Positions 1 through 10,900 of a DNA stretch of 64,000 nucleotides are shown here, piece after piece. Positions within the stretch are counted from its first letter, which is position 1; every line of letters starts with the position of its first letter. The notes beneath the pieces are model-generated. The model did not search any database. It was not told the origin of the DNA and was given only the letters and a program-made list of their open reading frames with translations. Where the stretch lies: assembly GCA_900617105.1 (NCBI GenBank), contig UYFQ01000162.1, positions 1-64,000 of the forward strand, written 5' to 3'. The translations under genes were made by a program, and so were the position numbers. Source of the DNA: Hydrurus foetidus (taxonomy: Eukaryota).

Positions 1-2
1 AG

Positions 3-2828
3 TTCCATGGATGCGTCCGGTGGTACCCATGGGGATGCGTCTGATGGAGGGACCATGTGACGTGTGACGGCTCCATGTAGGTAGTTGACATAAGAGAGGG
101 CGCATCGAGGGCCACTGATGTTATGTGTTGGACAGGACATGTTGTACGGGAGGAAACAGATGAAGTCTTCGACAGAGGATTCCGAATCGCTCTCATAGTT
201 CCGCAAAGTGTATCGTTTGCGTATGTTCTGTGGGGCAGTAGATGCTGCGAGGTCCCTGGCGAGAGATACTGTGCGGTAGTGTGACTCGGTGGGTTCAACA
301 GGATCAGGTCCGACGAAGAGGCTGTTGGGTGAAACATGAAATGCATCGGGTAGGACATGCTGGATTACGACTCGAATAGCTTGGATGAATGACTCGTTCG
401 ATCCAGTTCGTGTCATAAGACCGTCAACGTGCGCATCAACTTCCGTGAGCATGAGTATGCGAAGTGTGGGAAGGTTGTGCCAGGAGTTGCCGGGTGCATT
501 GGCATATCGGGCAAGCTGTGCTGCGACCCAGGAGGCACAGTCATAGATGAGGACACTTTCAAATATCGCCATGTGGTCTGGACTGATCTGGTCGTCGAGG
601 TACAGAGCAGTGTGGACGAGGAAGTAAAAGAAAATGTTCCCGACTGTGGACTGATAGGTGGTGATGTCTTCAATCAAGGTTGGATTGAAGGTGCGGTAGT
701 GCCCTGGGTCATACTCAAGATTGGGTGGAGTCGGCGGCTCAGTGTTGGCGAGCAGCAGGTTGCGAGCAATCTTGTGGATGAGGTTCATATACCGAGAGTA
801 TCCGTCTCTGACATCAGCGCGGCAGTTGCTGAGGGTGGTTGGGGATACCCAGCCGAAAATAGCGAGGTATATATGAGGCGCCGGTGTAGGGGATCCAGGC
901 AAGGCGGGACGGTTCACATAGATGATGAAGTCGTTTGCTGAGAGGGGCTGCTGATGGATGCGGTGGTGGACCACAGTGTAGTACTGAAGGATGTACGTGG
1001 AGCATTGTCGGCAGATACCCTGGAAGACAGTGGAGGAGGTGACTTCGTCATTGGTGAGGAAGGCCCAGGTACGTGTGAAGGCATCGACTTCTTCTTGCAT
1101 TGGGGTCCCATATGTTGGCGAGGAGATGTTCTGATGGCGCGGCGTGTCCCATGCTGTAGCATTCTCTGGGGCGACAGGAGTCGGGGGGGTACCCAGGACT
1201 ACTGGGGTAGATGCTGGTTGAGTATGTTCGGAACGTACGTACGGTCGGAGCATTAAGGGAGAGGCGGCATTAGAAGATGGACGAGTTGGAGATCGCAGTG
1301 GTGAGTGTCCTGATGGAGGGAGTCCTGGCGGAAGTGCTAACTCGAGAGGAGGATTAGACGGTGTATCCGGAGGAGGTGCTGGGTCAGTGTCGGTGACTCG
1401 GAACATGTTGAGGGAGAAGCGCACATATCCGGAGGGTTCGGCGTTATCCAAAAGCGTGTTGTTCTGCCATCCGTCCTCAGGGTTGATGTTGGGTCCGTTG
1501 GTAAGAAGCTTCATGGGAATGTTGCTCTTGAGGTAAGGGACGCGACCATCGATACTCGTCACTGGGAAGGTCTGCTTGGGAGGGTACTTGCCCTTGGCTT
1601 TGATCCGGTTCTTGTCCGTGACTGGAGCGGATCCAGGTGGGGCAGGAGGATGTGTTTTGCCAGAGGGAGGTGTCGCTGCCGGTGGCTTAGCAGGAGCATG
1701 ATAGTACTTGCACTTGTTACCGAGAAGGCAGGTACCAGCGAGGAACTTGCGGCAGGCTTCAGGGGTAGTGGACAAGGCAGCTATCTTGACCGGCTTGTCT
1801 TGCAGGAGGGCATACTCAGAATAGACAACAGCTCTCTCCAAAGTTTGGTGATAGGTGAGCATGTTGCTATGGCAGGACATAAAGTAGGATTTTGTGTTGG
1901 GGCGGTGGTCGTTCATGAAGGCGTTGTGAAGGAATTGAAGGCGCTCCTGCTCGGTGCTCGGTCTGGCCTGGGCGTACTCGAATTCTGTCATCAACGTTGT
2001 AAACCTCACTAAATCCTCTTGAAAACAAGTAGCCGTGGAGCCCTTGAAGTTTTGTAGAAGCCGCCGAAGTCGGTTGATGTCTGCTTCAGTATGTCCGTAG
2101 TAGTGCTTGTGCATACGTTTATAAATAGCGATCCCATCGCGAGAGGTAAAGGAATCGGCACATAGATAGTGGGTAGACTCGCTGAAAGCGTTTAACATGA
2201 CGTTGTATAAACGTTTCTTGTCGTGGGCCCATCGTGTAACATCGTCGGCGGGTACATAATTGAAGGTGCCGTCCAAATTCTCCGACGTTGTAGGCTCCGA
2301 GTATCCTGATGGGTTGTGCCTCGTTGGGATTGGCTCGCGACGCGTGCCCATCGCCATTGGGTAGAGTCCAACGACATGGAGCATGTTGTCAAGAGCTTTG
2401 AAGCGCTTGTTAGATCCCACAGTCGTTGTGGAGATCTGGTTTTGCTTGATGCTATCCATTTCAGAAGAGGTCGTCAGAACGAGATCGAGTTTTAGCCGTT
2501 TGAGCTCCAAAACGGATTCCAAAGCGGCATTATATGATAGCCCACTTGCTGAAACTTCTGCCAAAGTTTGGCGCGGTGGCGTGGCTTCCTCTGCATGGGA
2601 GCCTCGTCGAGGTCGGTTTGGTGTCGAAGGATTTTGACGATTTGCCGTCGAGCTGGTGACCAAATTTTGAGTTTGGGCTCTTATGGCCTCGGCGACACGT
2701 TGATCGAACTCTGCAAGGGTCATGGAGAGCATGCGCGGCAGCTGGGCGCGGCTGGGAGTCTCTAGCCCAGTTGGGTCATGGTATTCCTCGTTGTTTTGGT
2801 CTGTGTTGTCGGACGATCGTAGCATCAT
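3..2828 (-). CDS. Copia gag-pol polyprotein of copy 1, open to the window edge (about 940 aa visible)
   Basis: ATG at 2828. Copy 1 has an extra A (~2628) and an extra G (~1320) relative to copy 2, which join the three copy-2 ORFs into one frame. CCCH finger CRKFLAGTCLLGNKCKYYH at 1698-1754. Confidence 0.85.
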   Translation of the reverse strand, partial: MMLRSSDNTDQNNEEYHDPTGLETPSRAQLPRMLSMTLAEFDQRVAEAIRAQTQNLVTSSTANRQNPSTPNRPRRGSHAEEATPPRQTLAEVSASGLSYNAALESVLELKRLKLDLVLTTSSEMDSIKQNQISTTTVGSNKRFKALDNMLHVVGLYPMAMGTRREPIPTRHNPSGYSEPTTSENLDGTFNYVPADDVTRWAHDKKRLYNVMLNAFSESTHYLCADSFTSRDGIAIYKRMHKHYYGHTEADINRLRRLLQNFKGSTATCFQEDLVRFTTLMTEFEYAQARPSTEQERLQFLHNAFMNDHRPNTKSYFMSCHSNMLTYHQTLERAVVYSEYALLQDKPVKIAALSTTPEACRKFLAGTCLLGNKCKYYHAPAKPPAATPPSGKTHPPAPPGSAPVTDKNRIKAKGKYPPKQTFPVTSIDGRVPYLKSNIPMKLLTNGPNINPEDGWQNNTLLDNAEPSGYVRFSLNMFRVTDTDPAPPPDTPSNPPLELALPPGLPPSGHSPLRSPTRPSSNAASPLMLRPYVRSEHTQPASTPVVLGTPPTPVAPENATAWDTPRHQNISSPTYGTPMQEEVDAFTRTWAFLTNDEVTSSTVFQGICRQCSTYILQYYTVVHHRIHQQPLSANDFIIYVNRPALPGSPTPAPHIYLAIFGWVSPTTLSNCRADVRDGYSRYMNLIHKIARNLLLANTEPPTPPNLEYDPGHYRTFNPTLIEDITTYQSTVGNIFFYFLVHTALYLDDQISPDHMAIFESVLIYDCASWVAAQLARYANAPGNSWHNLPTLRILMLTEVDAHVDGLMTRTGSNESFIQAIRVVIQHVLPDAFHVSPNSLFVGPDPVEPTESHYRTVSLARDLAASTAPQNIRKRYTLRNYESDSESSVEDFICFLPYNMSCPTHNISGPRCALSYVNYLHGAVTRHMVPPSDASPWVPPDASME

Positions 2829-2908
2829 GGCCGACTTGAGATATCTGTTGTGATGAGATACCGTTGATATATTGATACTATATCGATGATTGCTGAACTT
2901 TCTATGCA

Positions 2909-2918
2909 ATCGCTACCA
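2909..2918 (-). promoter_or_regulatory. Primer-binding site, probably initiator tRNA-Met
   Basis: TGGTAGCG directly after the LTR end, resembling the Ty1 iMet PBS. The same motif occurs at 7419-7426. Confidence 0.7.
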
Positions 2919-3426
2919 TGTGAGTCAGACTGTGGAGTGAAGCGAGCTACCTGTTGGCTGCGGAAGCGCAAAGGAAAGACTGGCTGATGGAAGTGGTCTC
3001 GGAAGACGTGTTTACTTACAACGATCAAGTAGTAAAACAACTGGCGATGATATCAGAGAGGACAACCATCAAAGAAGCAAAGCAAAGCATCCATTGTGCA
3101 TGAAATGGTGATCGCCGAAGTGGAAACATATTCAGCGAATATTCAAGTTGGCGATTGAGCAATGGGCGGAACCCTCGCTGCTCATGAAATCGGATGCTTG
3201 GTGGAAACCGGATACCTGGTGGAAATCCGGATGCTTGGTGGTGAAAAACCGGATGCTTGGTGATGGCCCCGAAGGGGGATATCGCTAGAAGAACGATGAG
3301 CGTATGTACACAACAGTGTATGGCGGTGTTTTGGGTGAGGAAGCGCTACACTACTTGTGACATGTGTATGCTAATCTACAGATGAAACTATGCTAACAGA
3401 TCATGCATGAATATGCTGGACTGACA
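2919..3426 (-). repeat. 5' LTR of Copia copy 1 (about 508 bp)
   Basis: TG...CA ends on the minus strand with TGGTAGCG directly after. About 3 substitutions versus 7427-7934. Four internal GGATGCTTGGTG-type repeats at ~3192-3262. Confidence 0.8.
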
Positions 3427-6400
3427 GGTAGTTGTGTCTCTGTGGATGCGACGATAGTCTGTGGATGCTTGACGCATGGCGCCATGGGCGCATCCAGGAC
3501 AGACCGGACGGGAGGTGTGTGCATCTTTGGTGGTGAAGCGAGCATTGAGGGAATGATCGCGGTGCCATGCCATGCCTGGAAGACCGGGGTGGCCTGTGGC
3601 TTGATGCACGTGGTCGTACAGTGAAGCGGGAGTATAGTGTGTGACCAAAAGACTCTCCCGAGTGGTTGGTCAGTAGGGAGTCTCCACGTAGAGGCCGTCT
3701 TGGACGGTTCCACGGGTGACCTCCTTTCCATGCTGAGCTACCAGTGCAATGTAGGGAAGGGCTGATGCAGTCTCATAGAAGCGGAAGTCTTTATGAGTGA
3801 AGATGCCGATGAAGTGGTCGTTGGTGACACCGCCAGCGCAGAACTGGGAGACAGAGACAAGGGTGCTGTCGCCTAGTGCAGGGAGAAGGAGGGTGCTAAG
3901 CTCCAACGGTCCGAGGCTGCCTTGGTGTGTTGGTGTCATGGACGGACCGAATGCAGGGGTGACTGTGACGGATGTGCTGACAGGTTCAATGCTGGTAAGA
4001 CGTTGGGAGCGGCCGGTGCCAGAGCGTGAAGCACCAGAGTCGAAGATGACCTTGTCGGGGACGTGGAACGAGTTGAGTCTCTCATGTTGGGACTTGACGA
4101 CGAATGTGTTGAGCTTGGAGTCGGAGGTACCGCCGGATGGTGCAGGAGGGCGAGCTGATGCAAGCGGAGGGCGAGTACTGTTGAAGGCATGTCGGACATT
4201 TGTCGAGCGTTGAGATCCGACTGGTGGAGTCATTCGGTGGCGCTGGGCACGAGGCATAGTGAAAGGCGAGTCGGATGCAAGTGGTTGCGCGGCTTGCCAA
4301 CGTTTGAGTGACCCGGTAAGAGGGTCAGAGGGTGTCGATGGAACAGGTGGTAACGGAGTATTGAACTCCGGAAGCGTAGTGGGAATCGATGTGGACGGTG
4401 AGGCGGAAGAGGATGCGGACGAGGACGAGGTAGTGTCTTGACGCTTAGTGTCTCCTTGAGCCTGGTCCTTTTGGAATGCGATGCCGCGCTTCCTGGCGTT
4501 GTACCGCTGAAGTTCCATGGATGCGTCCGGTGGTACCCATGGGGATGCGTCTGATGGAGGGACCATGTGACGTGTGACGGCTCCATGTAGGTAGTTGACA
4601 TAAGAGAGGGCGCATCGAGGGCCACTGATGTTATGTGTTGGACAGGACATGTTGTACGGGAGGAAACAGATGGAGTCTTCGACAGAGGACTCTGAATCGC
4701 TCTCATAGTTCCGCAAAGTGTATCGTTTGCGTATGTTTTGTGGGGCAGTAGATGCTGCGAGGTCCCTGGCGAGAGATACTGTGCGGTAGTGTGACTCGGT
4801 GGGTTCAACAGGATCAGGTCCGACGAATAAGCTGTTGGGTGTAACATGAAATGCATCAGGTAGGACATGCTGGATTACGACTCGAATAGCTTGGATGAAT
4901 GACTCGTTCGATCCAGTTCGTGTCATAAGACCGTCAACGTGTGCATCAACTTCCGTGAGCATGAGGAGGCGAAGAGTGGGAATGTTGTGCCAGGAGTTGC
5001 CGGGTGCATTGGCATATCGGGCAAGCTGTGCTGCGACCCAGGAGGCACAGTCGTAGATGAGGACACTTTCAAATATCGCCATGTGGTCTGGACTGATCTG
5101 GTCGTCGAGGTACAGAGCAGTGTGGACGAGGAAGTAAAAGAAGATGTTCCCGACTGTGGACTGATAGGTGGTGATGTCTTCAATCAAGGTTGGATTGAAG
5201 GTGCGGTAGTGCCCTGGGTCATACTCAAGATTGGGTGGAGTCGGCGGCTCAGTGTTGGCGAGCAGCAGGTTGCGAGCAATCTTGTGGATGAGGTTCATAT
5301 ACCGAGAGTATCCGTCTCTGACATCAGCGCGGCAGTTGCTGAGGGTGGTTGGGGATACCCAGCCGAAAATAGCGAGGTATATATGAGGCGCCGGTGTAGG
5401 GGATCCAGGCAAGGCGGGACGGTTCACATAGATGATGAAGTCATTTGCTGAGAGGGGCTGCTGATGAATGCGGTGGTGGACCACAGTGTAGTACTGAAGG
5501 ATGTACGTGGAGCATTGTCGGCAGATACCCTGGAAGACAGTGGAGGAGGTGACTTCGTCATTGGTGAGGAAGGCCCAGGTACGTGTGAAGGCATCGACTT
5601 CTTCTTGCATTGGGGTCCCATATGTTGGCGAGGAGATGTTCTGATGGCGCGGCGTGTCCCATGCTGTAGCATTCTCTGGGGCGACAGGAGTCGGGGGGGT
5701 ACCCAGGAGTACTGGGGTAGATGCTGGTTGAGTATGTTCGGAACGTACGTACGGTCGGAGCATTAAGGGAGAGGCGGCATTAGAAGATGGACGAGTTGGA
5801 GATCGCAGTGGTGAGTGTCCTGATGGAGGAGTCCTGGCGGAAGTGCTAACTCGAGAGGAGGATTAGACGGTGTATCCGGAGGAGGTGCTGGGTCAGTGTC
5901 GGTGACTCGGAACATGTTGAGGGAGAAGCGCACATATCCGGAGGGTTCGGCGTTATCCAAAAGCGTGTTGTTCTGCCATCCGTCCTCAGGGTTGATGTTG
6001 GGTCCGTTGGTAAGAAGCTTCATGGGGATGTTGCTCTTGAGGTAAGGGACGCGGCCATCGATACTCGTCACTGGGAAGGTCTGCTTGGGAGGGTACTTGC
6101 CCTTGGCTTTGATCCGGTTCTTGTCCGTGACTGGAGCGGATCCAGGTGGGGCAGGAGGATGTGCTTTGCCAGAGGGAGGTGTCGCTGCCGGTGGCTTAGC
6201 AGGAGCATGATAGTACTTGCACTTGTTACCGAGAAGGCAGGTACCAGCGAGGAACTTGCGGCAGGCTTCAGGGGTAGTGGACAAGGCAGCTATCTTGACC
6301 GGCTTGTCTTGTAGGAGGGCATACTCGGAATAGACAACAGCTCTCTCCAAAGTTTGGTGATAGGTGAGCATGTTGCTATGGCAGGACATAAAGTAGGATT

Positions 6401-7336
6401 TTGTGTTGGGGCGGTGGTCGTTCATGAAGGCGTTGTGAAGGAATTGAAGGCGCTCCTGCTCGGTGCTCGGTCTGGCCTGGGCGTACTCGAATTCTGTCAT
6501 CAACGTTGTAAACCTCACTAAATCCTCTTGAAAACAAGTAGCCGTGGAGCCCTTGAAGTTTTGTAGAAGCCGCCGAAGTCGGTTGATGTCTGCTTCAGTA
6601 TGTCCGTAGTAGTGCTTGTGCATACGTTTATAAATAGCGATCCCATCGCGAGAGGTAAAGGAATCGGCACATAGATAGTGGGTAGACTCGCTGAAAGCGT
6701 TTAACATGACGTTGTATAAACGTTTCTTGTCGTGGGCCCATCGTGTAACATCGTCGGCGGGTACATAATTGAAGGTGCCGTCCAAATTCTCCGACGTTGT
6801 AGGCTCCGAGTATCCTGATGGGTTGTGCCTCGTTGGGATTGGCTCGCGACGCGTGCCCATCGCCATTGGGTAGAGTCCAACGACGTGGAGCATGTTGTCG
6901 AGAGCTTTGAAGCGCTTGTTAGATCCCACAGTCGTTGTGGAGATCTGGTTTTGCTTGATGCTATCCATTTCTGAAGAGGTCGTCAGAACGAGATCGAGTT
7001 TTAGCCGTTTGAGCTCCAAAACGGATTCCAACGCGGCATTATATGATAGCCCACTTGCTGAAACTTCTGCCAAAGTTTGGCGCGGTGGCGTGGCTTCCTC
7101 TGCATGGGAGCCTCGTCGAGGTCGGTTTGGTGTCGAGGATTTTGACGATTTGCCGTCGAGCTGGTGACCAAATTTTGAGTTTGGGCTCTTATGGCCTCGG
7201 CGACACGTTGATCGAACTCTGCAAGGGTCATGGAGAGCATGCGCGGCAGCTGGGCGCGGCTGGGAGTCTCTAGCCCAGTTGGGTCATGGTATTCCTCGTT
7301 GTTTTGGTCTGTGTTGTCGGACGATCGTAGCATCAT
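3427..7336 (-). pseudogene. Disrupted gag-pol of copy 2
   Basis: 1-bp deletions at ~7137 and ~5830 relative to copy 1, an in-frame TGA at 3670-3672, and truncation at 3427. ORF pieces: 7001-7417, 5763-7073, 3670-5763, 3388-3648. Confidence 0.75.
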
Positions 7337-7426
7337 GGCCGACTTGAGATATCTGTTGTGATGAGATACCGTTGATATATTGATACTATATCGATGATTG
7401 CTGAACTTTCTATGCAATCGCTACCA

Positions 7427-7934
7427 TGTGAGTCAGACTGTGGAGTGAAGCGAGCTACCTGTTGGCTGCGGAAGCGCAAAGGAAAGACTGGCTGATGGAA
7501 GTGGTCTCGGAAGACGTGTTTACTTACAACGATCAAGTAGTAAAACAACTGGCGATGATATCAGAGAAGACAACCATCAAAGAAGCAAAGCAAAGCATCC
7601 ATTGTGCATGAAATGGTGATCGCCGAAGTGGAAACATATTCAGCGAATATTCAAGTTGGCGATTGAGCAATGGGCGGAACCCTCGCTGCTCATGAAATCG
7701 GATGCTTGGTGGAAACCGGATACCTGGTGGAAATCCGGATGCTTGGTGGTGGAAAACCGGATGCTTGGTGATGGCCCCGAAGGGGGATATCGCTAGAAGA
7801 ACGATGAGCGTATGTACACAACAGTGTATGGCGGTGTTTTGGGTGAGGAAGCGCTACACTACTTGTGACATGTGAATGCTAATCTACAGATGAAACTATG
7901 CTAACAGATCATGCATGAATATGCTGGACTGACA
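7427..7934 (-). repeat. 5' LTR of Copia copy 2
   Basis: Direct repeat of 2919-3426 with a TG start at 7934 and a PBS at 7419-7426. Confidence 0.8.
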
Positions 7935-10900
7935 GCATATGCTGATAGCAATGCATTTAAGAAACTGAAAAAGGATTACCCTGATGCAGTGGTTGCAAGA
8001 GGAGCGTACGTTCCTACCACCTCCTCTTCTTCCTCGTCCTCTTCTTCTACTTCTACAGCGTCAGCCTCGGCTGTACCGGAGGGTCCGTCTAAGCCGGTCA
8101 CTAAGCAAAAGAGCTTAAAGAAGACAAGTAAGTTATCATCAACTATTAGTTTCACTGATGTTGTTATTCCTTCTTCCATATTGGGAACTCTTACGAACCT
8201 TTCGTCAGCTGACTTTCTAACTGCTACTGTTTCCCATGTGTCACAGCCCAGCCAGCCAAGAAATGAAGTACAAGTGCTGATCGATACGGGATCGCTCGCC
8301 GGCATTTTTGTTGCCCTGCGTGTAATTAGGAATTTCCATTTAGAAGAATTTATTATTTTTGACAAGACACTGACTGTTTGTTCAGCCTTGGATGGAAAAT
8401 GTTATAACATTTCTAAGTCTATAAATTTGAAAATGACTTACTTTTCCGAACGTTTAAATAAAAATACTTTTTTAAATTTCAAAGCAATTATTTTAAACAA
8501 GTCTTCAGTCGATGTGGTGATCGGACGAGTGACAATTCGGGAATCACAAATATTCCTCGAGTTGCCTAGTCAATTAGCATCGACTAATATAGTGCACAGG
8601 GCAGCGACCTCAGTAACACCCCAAAGGGTTATTGTATCAGGTCTACTAGCTTCTCTCGTCATTCAATCCGAGAAAACATCTCAACTGGCTATGCCAGATG
8701 ATGATGAAATCGGTGAACATGAGGCTAGTACCTTTTCACCTTGGTTACCGGATACCAATCCGGAACCGGTTGACCCAGTATCCCTGATTAACATATCGGG
8801 TACTCCTGAACTTCAGGAGTTGATTAGACTACTCTGTATTGAATACAGAGATATCTTTTCAAATACACTTTCATCTCAGCCTGCTTCTATTCCTCCTTTT
8901 GATCTGGTTGTTCAGGACCCTAAGTGGCGTGTCTCTAAAAATAGACAACCACCTAGACCTCAATCAGCAGCCAATCAGAAGGAGATTACTAGACAATTAA
9001 ATATCCTCATTGAGCAGGGTATTATTGAGAAATCCACTGCGGCTTATTATAGCCAAGGATTTTTAGTAACTAAGGCTGACGGATCTAAAAGATTCGTTAT
9101 AGATTACCGTAACTTGAACGAATGTACGGAACATGCCTCTTGGCCCGTACCGAACATAACGGAAATGTTACAGAGAATCGGTTCTCAGAAACCGACGATC
9201 TTTGGCACGGTGGATTTTGCTCAAGCATACCATCAAGCCGCATTAACACTCGCTACTAAAAAATATACTTCGTTTATATTATATAGTGGTGTCTATCAGT
9301 TTACTAGACTACCTTTTGGTCTAAAGCAAGCACCTTCTTATTTTCAAGAGATGATTGCTACTGAAGTGTTAAATACGTTACTTTATAGAATTTTAGAAAT
9401 TTATATCGATGACGTTAACATTTTTGGAAACAGTCCTGACAACTTTGTTGCACGACTGCGAGAATTCTTTTCTCGCGTTCGTCTCCATAAAATGATCCTT
9501 AAACCATCCAAATGTTATCTTGGCTATGCCGATTTAAAATTTGTTGGTAAGGTTATATCACAAGAGGGACTTAGAATGTCCCAGAGTAAAATCCAATTAG
9601 TTTTGGATTTTCCTTGTCCTACTGTATCCAAACAACTTAAAAGTTTTCTTGGATTAGTAAACTATTTCCGTGATTTCATCAGAAATCAGTCTACGATAGT
9701 AAGACCGTTACATGCGTTACTTACAAATTATCAAAGAACAAAACGGATAGTATGGACATCAGAAGCAACTTCTGCTTTTAATGAAATAAAGGAACAAGTA
9801 TCGAAATGTACTACCATTCATTTCATTAGTGATACTGCACCAATCACTTTGCACACTGATGCATCTGATTATGGTATCGGTGGTTACCTCTTCCAAACTA
9901 TTGATGGAAAGGACTATCCGGTTGCATTTGTAAGCAAATCTCTTTCTGGGTCTCAACTCCGTTGGTCCACTATTCAAAAAGAAGCTTATGCAATTTACTA
10001 TTCTTGTATTTTTCTACAATCACTTTTACGTGATAGATTATTTACAATTCGAACGGATCATAGAAATCTGTTATACATATATAACAATTCTAATCCAATG
10101 ATTGTTCGGTGGTATGTAGCACTCTCTGAGTATACATATAAAATTGAATTTATTAAAGGTGTTGATAATGATATCGCCGACTCTATGTCTCGACTATGTC
10201 GTAACAATATGATCGACTCACCTAAGGAATACTCTGCAGATATGATTCTTGCAGCAGCTATTATTCCGAAAATTCAACTCACCGATATGCAATACAATGC
10301 TATATCATCAGTTCACAATTCTATGGTTGGTCATTTTGGACTAGCCAGAACTATGAAACGATTAAAAGCAAATCAACATAAGTGGGAATTCATGGAAAAT
10401 CATGTTAGATATTTCATTGACTTTTGCCCACAATGTCAAAAGATGAGTATGATTAAAATACCTATTCATGCTCATCCTTTTACGACTTCGTCGTATTACC
10501 CTATGGAATGTTTAAACATCGACTTTGTCGGTCCATTTCCTGATGGAGGACATATCCTCGTTATCATTGATACATTCACTCGTTGGACTGAATTGTATCA
10601 TACTACTGATTCAACTGCACTATCCGCCGCCCAATGTTTAATACAACATTTTGGTCGTTTCGGAGCACCTCATCAGTTAAGATCAGATAACGGTCCCCAC
10701 TTTATTGCTGACGTAATACGTGAGTTTTTATCGTTTGTTGGTACTCGACACTGTTTAACATTAGCTTACTCTAAGGAGGAAAATGCTATTGTTGAACGTA
10801 TGAACAAAGAGATTAACCGTCACATCCGATCACTCACATACGACAACACTTCATTAGAAGATTACAAATTAGCTTTACCTTTCGTTATGAGAATAATTAA

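Larger units (their letters stand above)
1..3426 (-). mobile_element. Copia-like LTR retrotransposon, copy 1 (5' LTR plus start of gag-pol; continues left of the window)
   Basis: Near-identical to 4511-7934 (offset 4510, falling to 4508). Starts TGTCAG on the minus strand at 3426, followed by an LTR, a PBS and a long ORF. Confidence 0.9.
3427..7934 (-). mobile_element. Copia-like LTR retrotransposon, copy 2, interrupted in the integrase
   Basis: LTR 7427-7934, PBS, gag with CCCH finger (6207-6263), protease VIFDSGAS (~4028-4050), GLYV pre-integrase motif, then HVHQATGH...CPGC zinc finger cut at 3427. The PR-INT order is Copia-type. Confidence 0.9.

Noticed and set aside
429..7273. Plus-strand ORFs across the Copia copies
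   Set aside because: They are antisense shadows of the gag-pol frame with no recognisable motifs.
1..7934. Simple 4.5-kb satellite or shared-LTR tandem dimer
   Set aside because: The junction cuts the integrase at an LTR start and has no polypurine tract, so nested insertion fits better.
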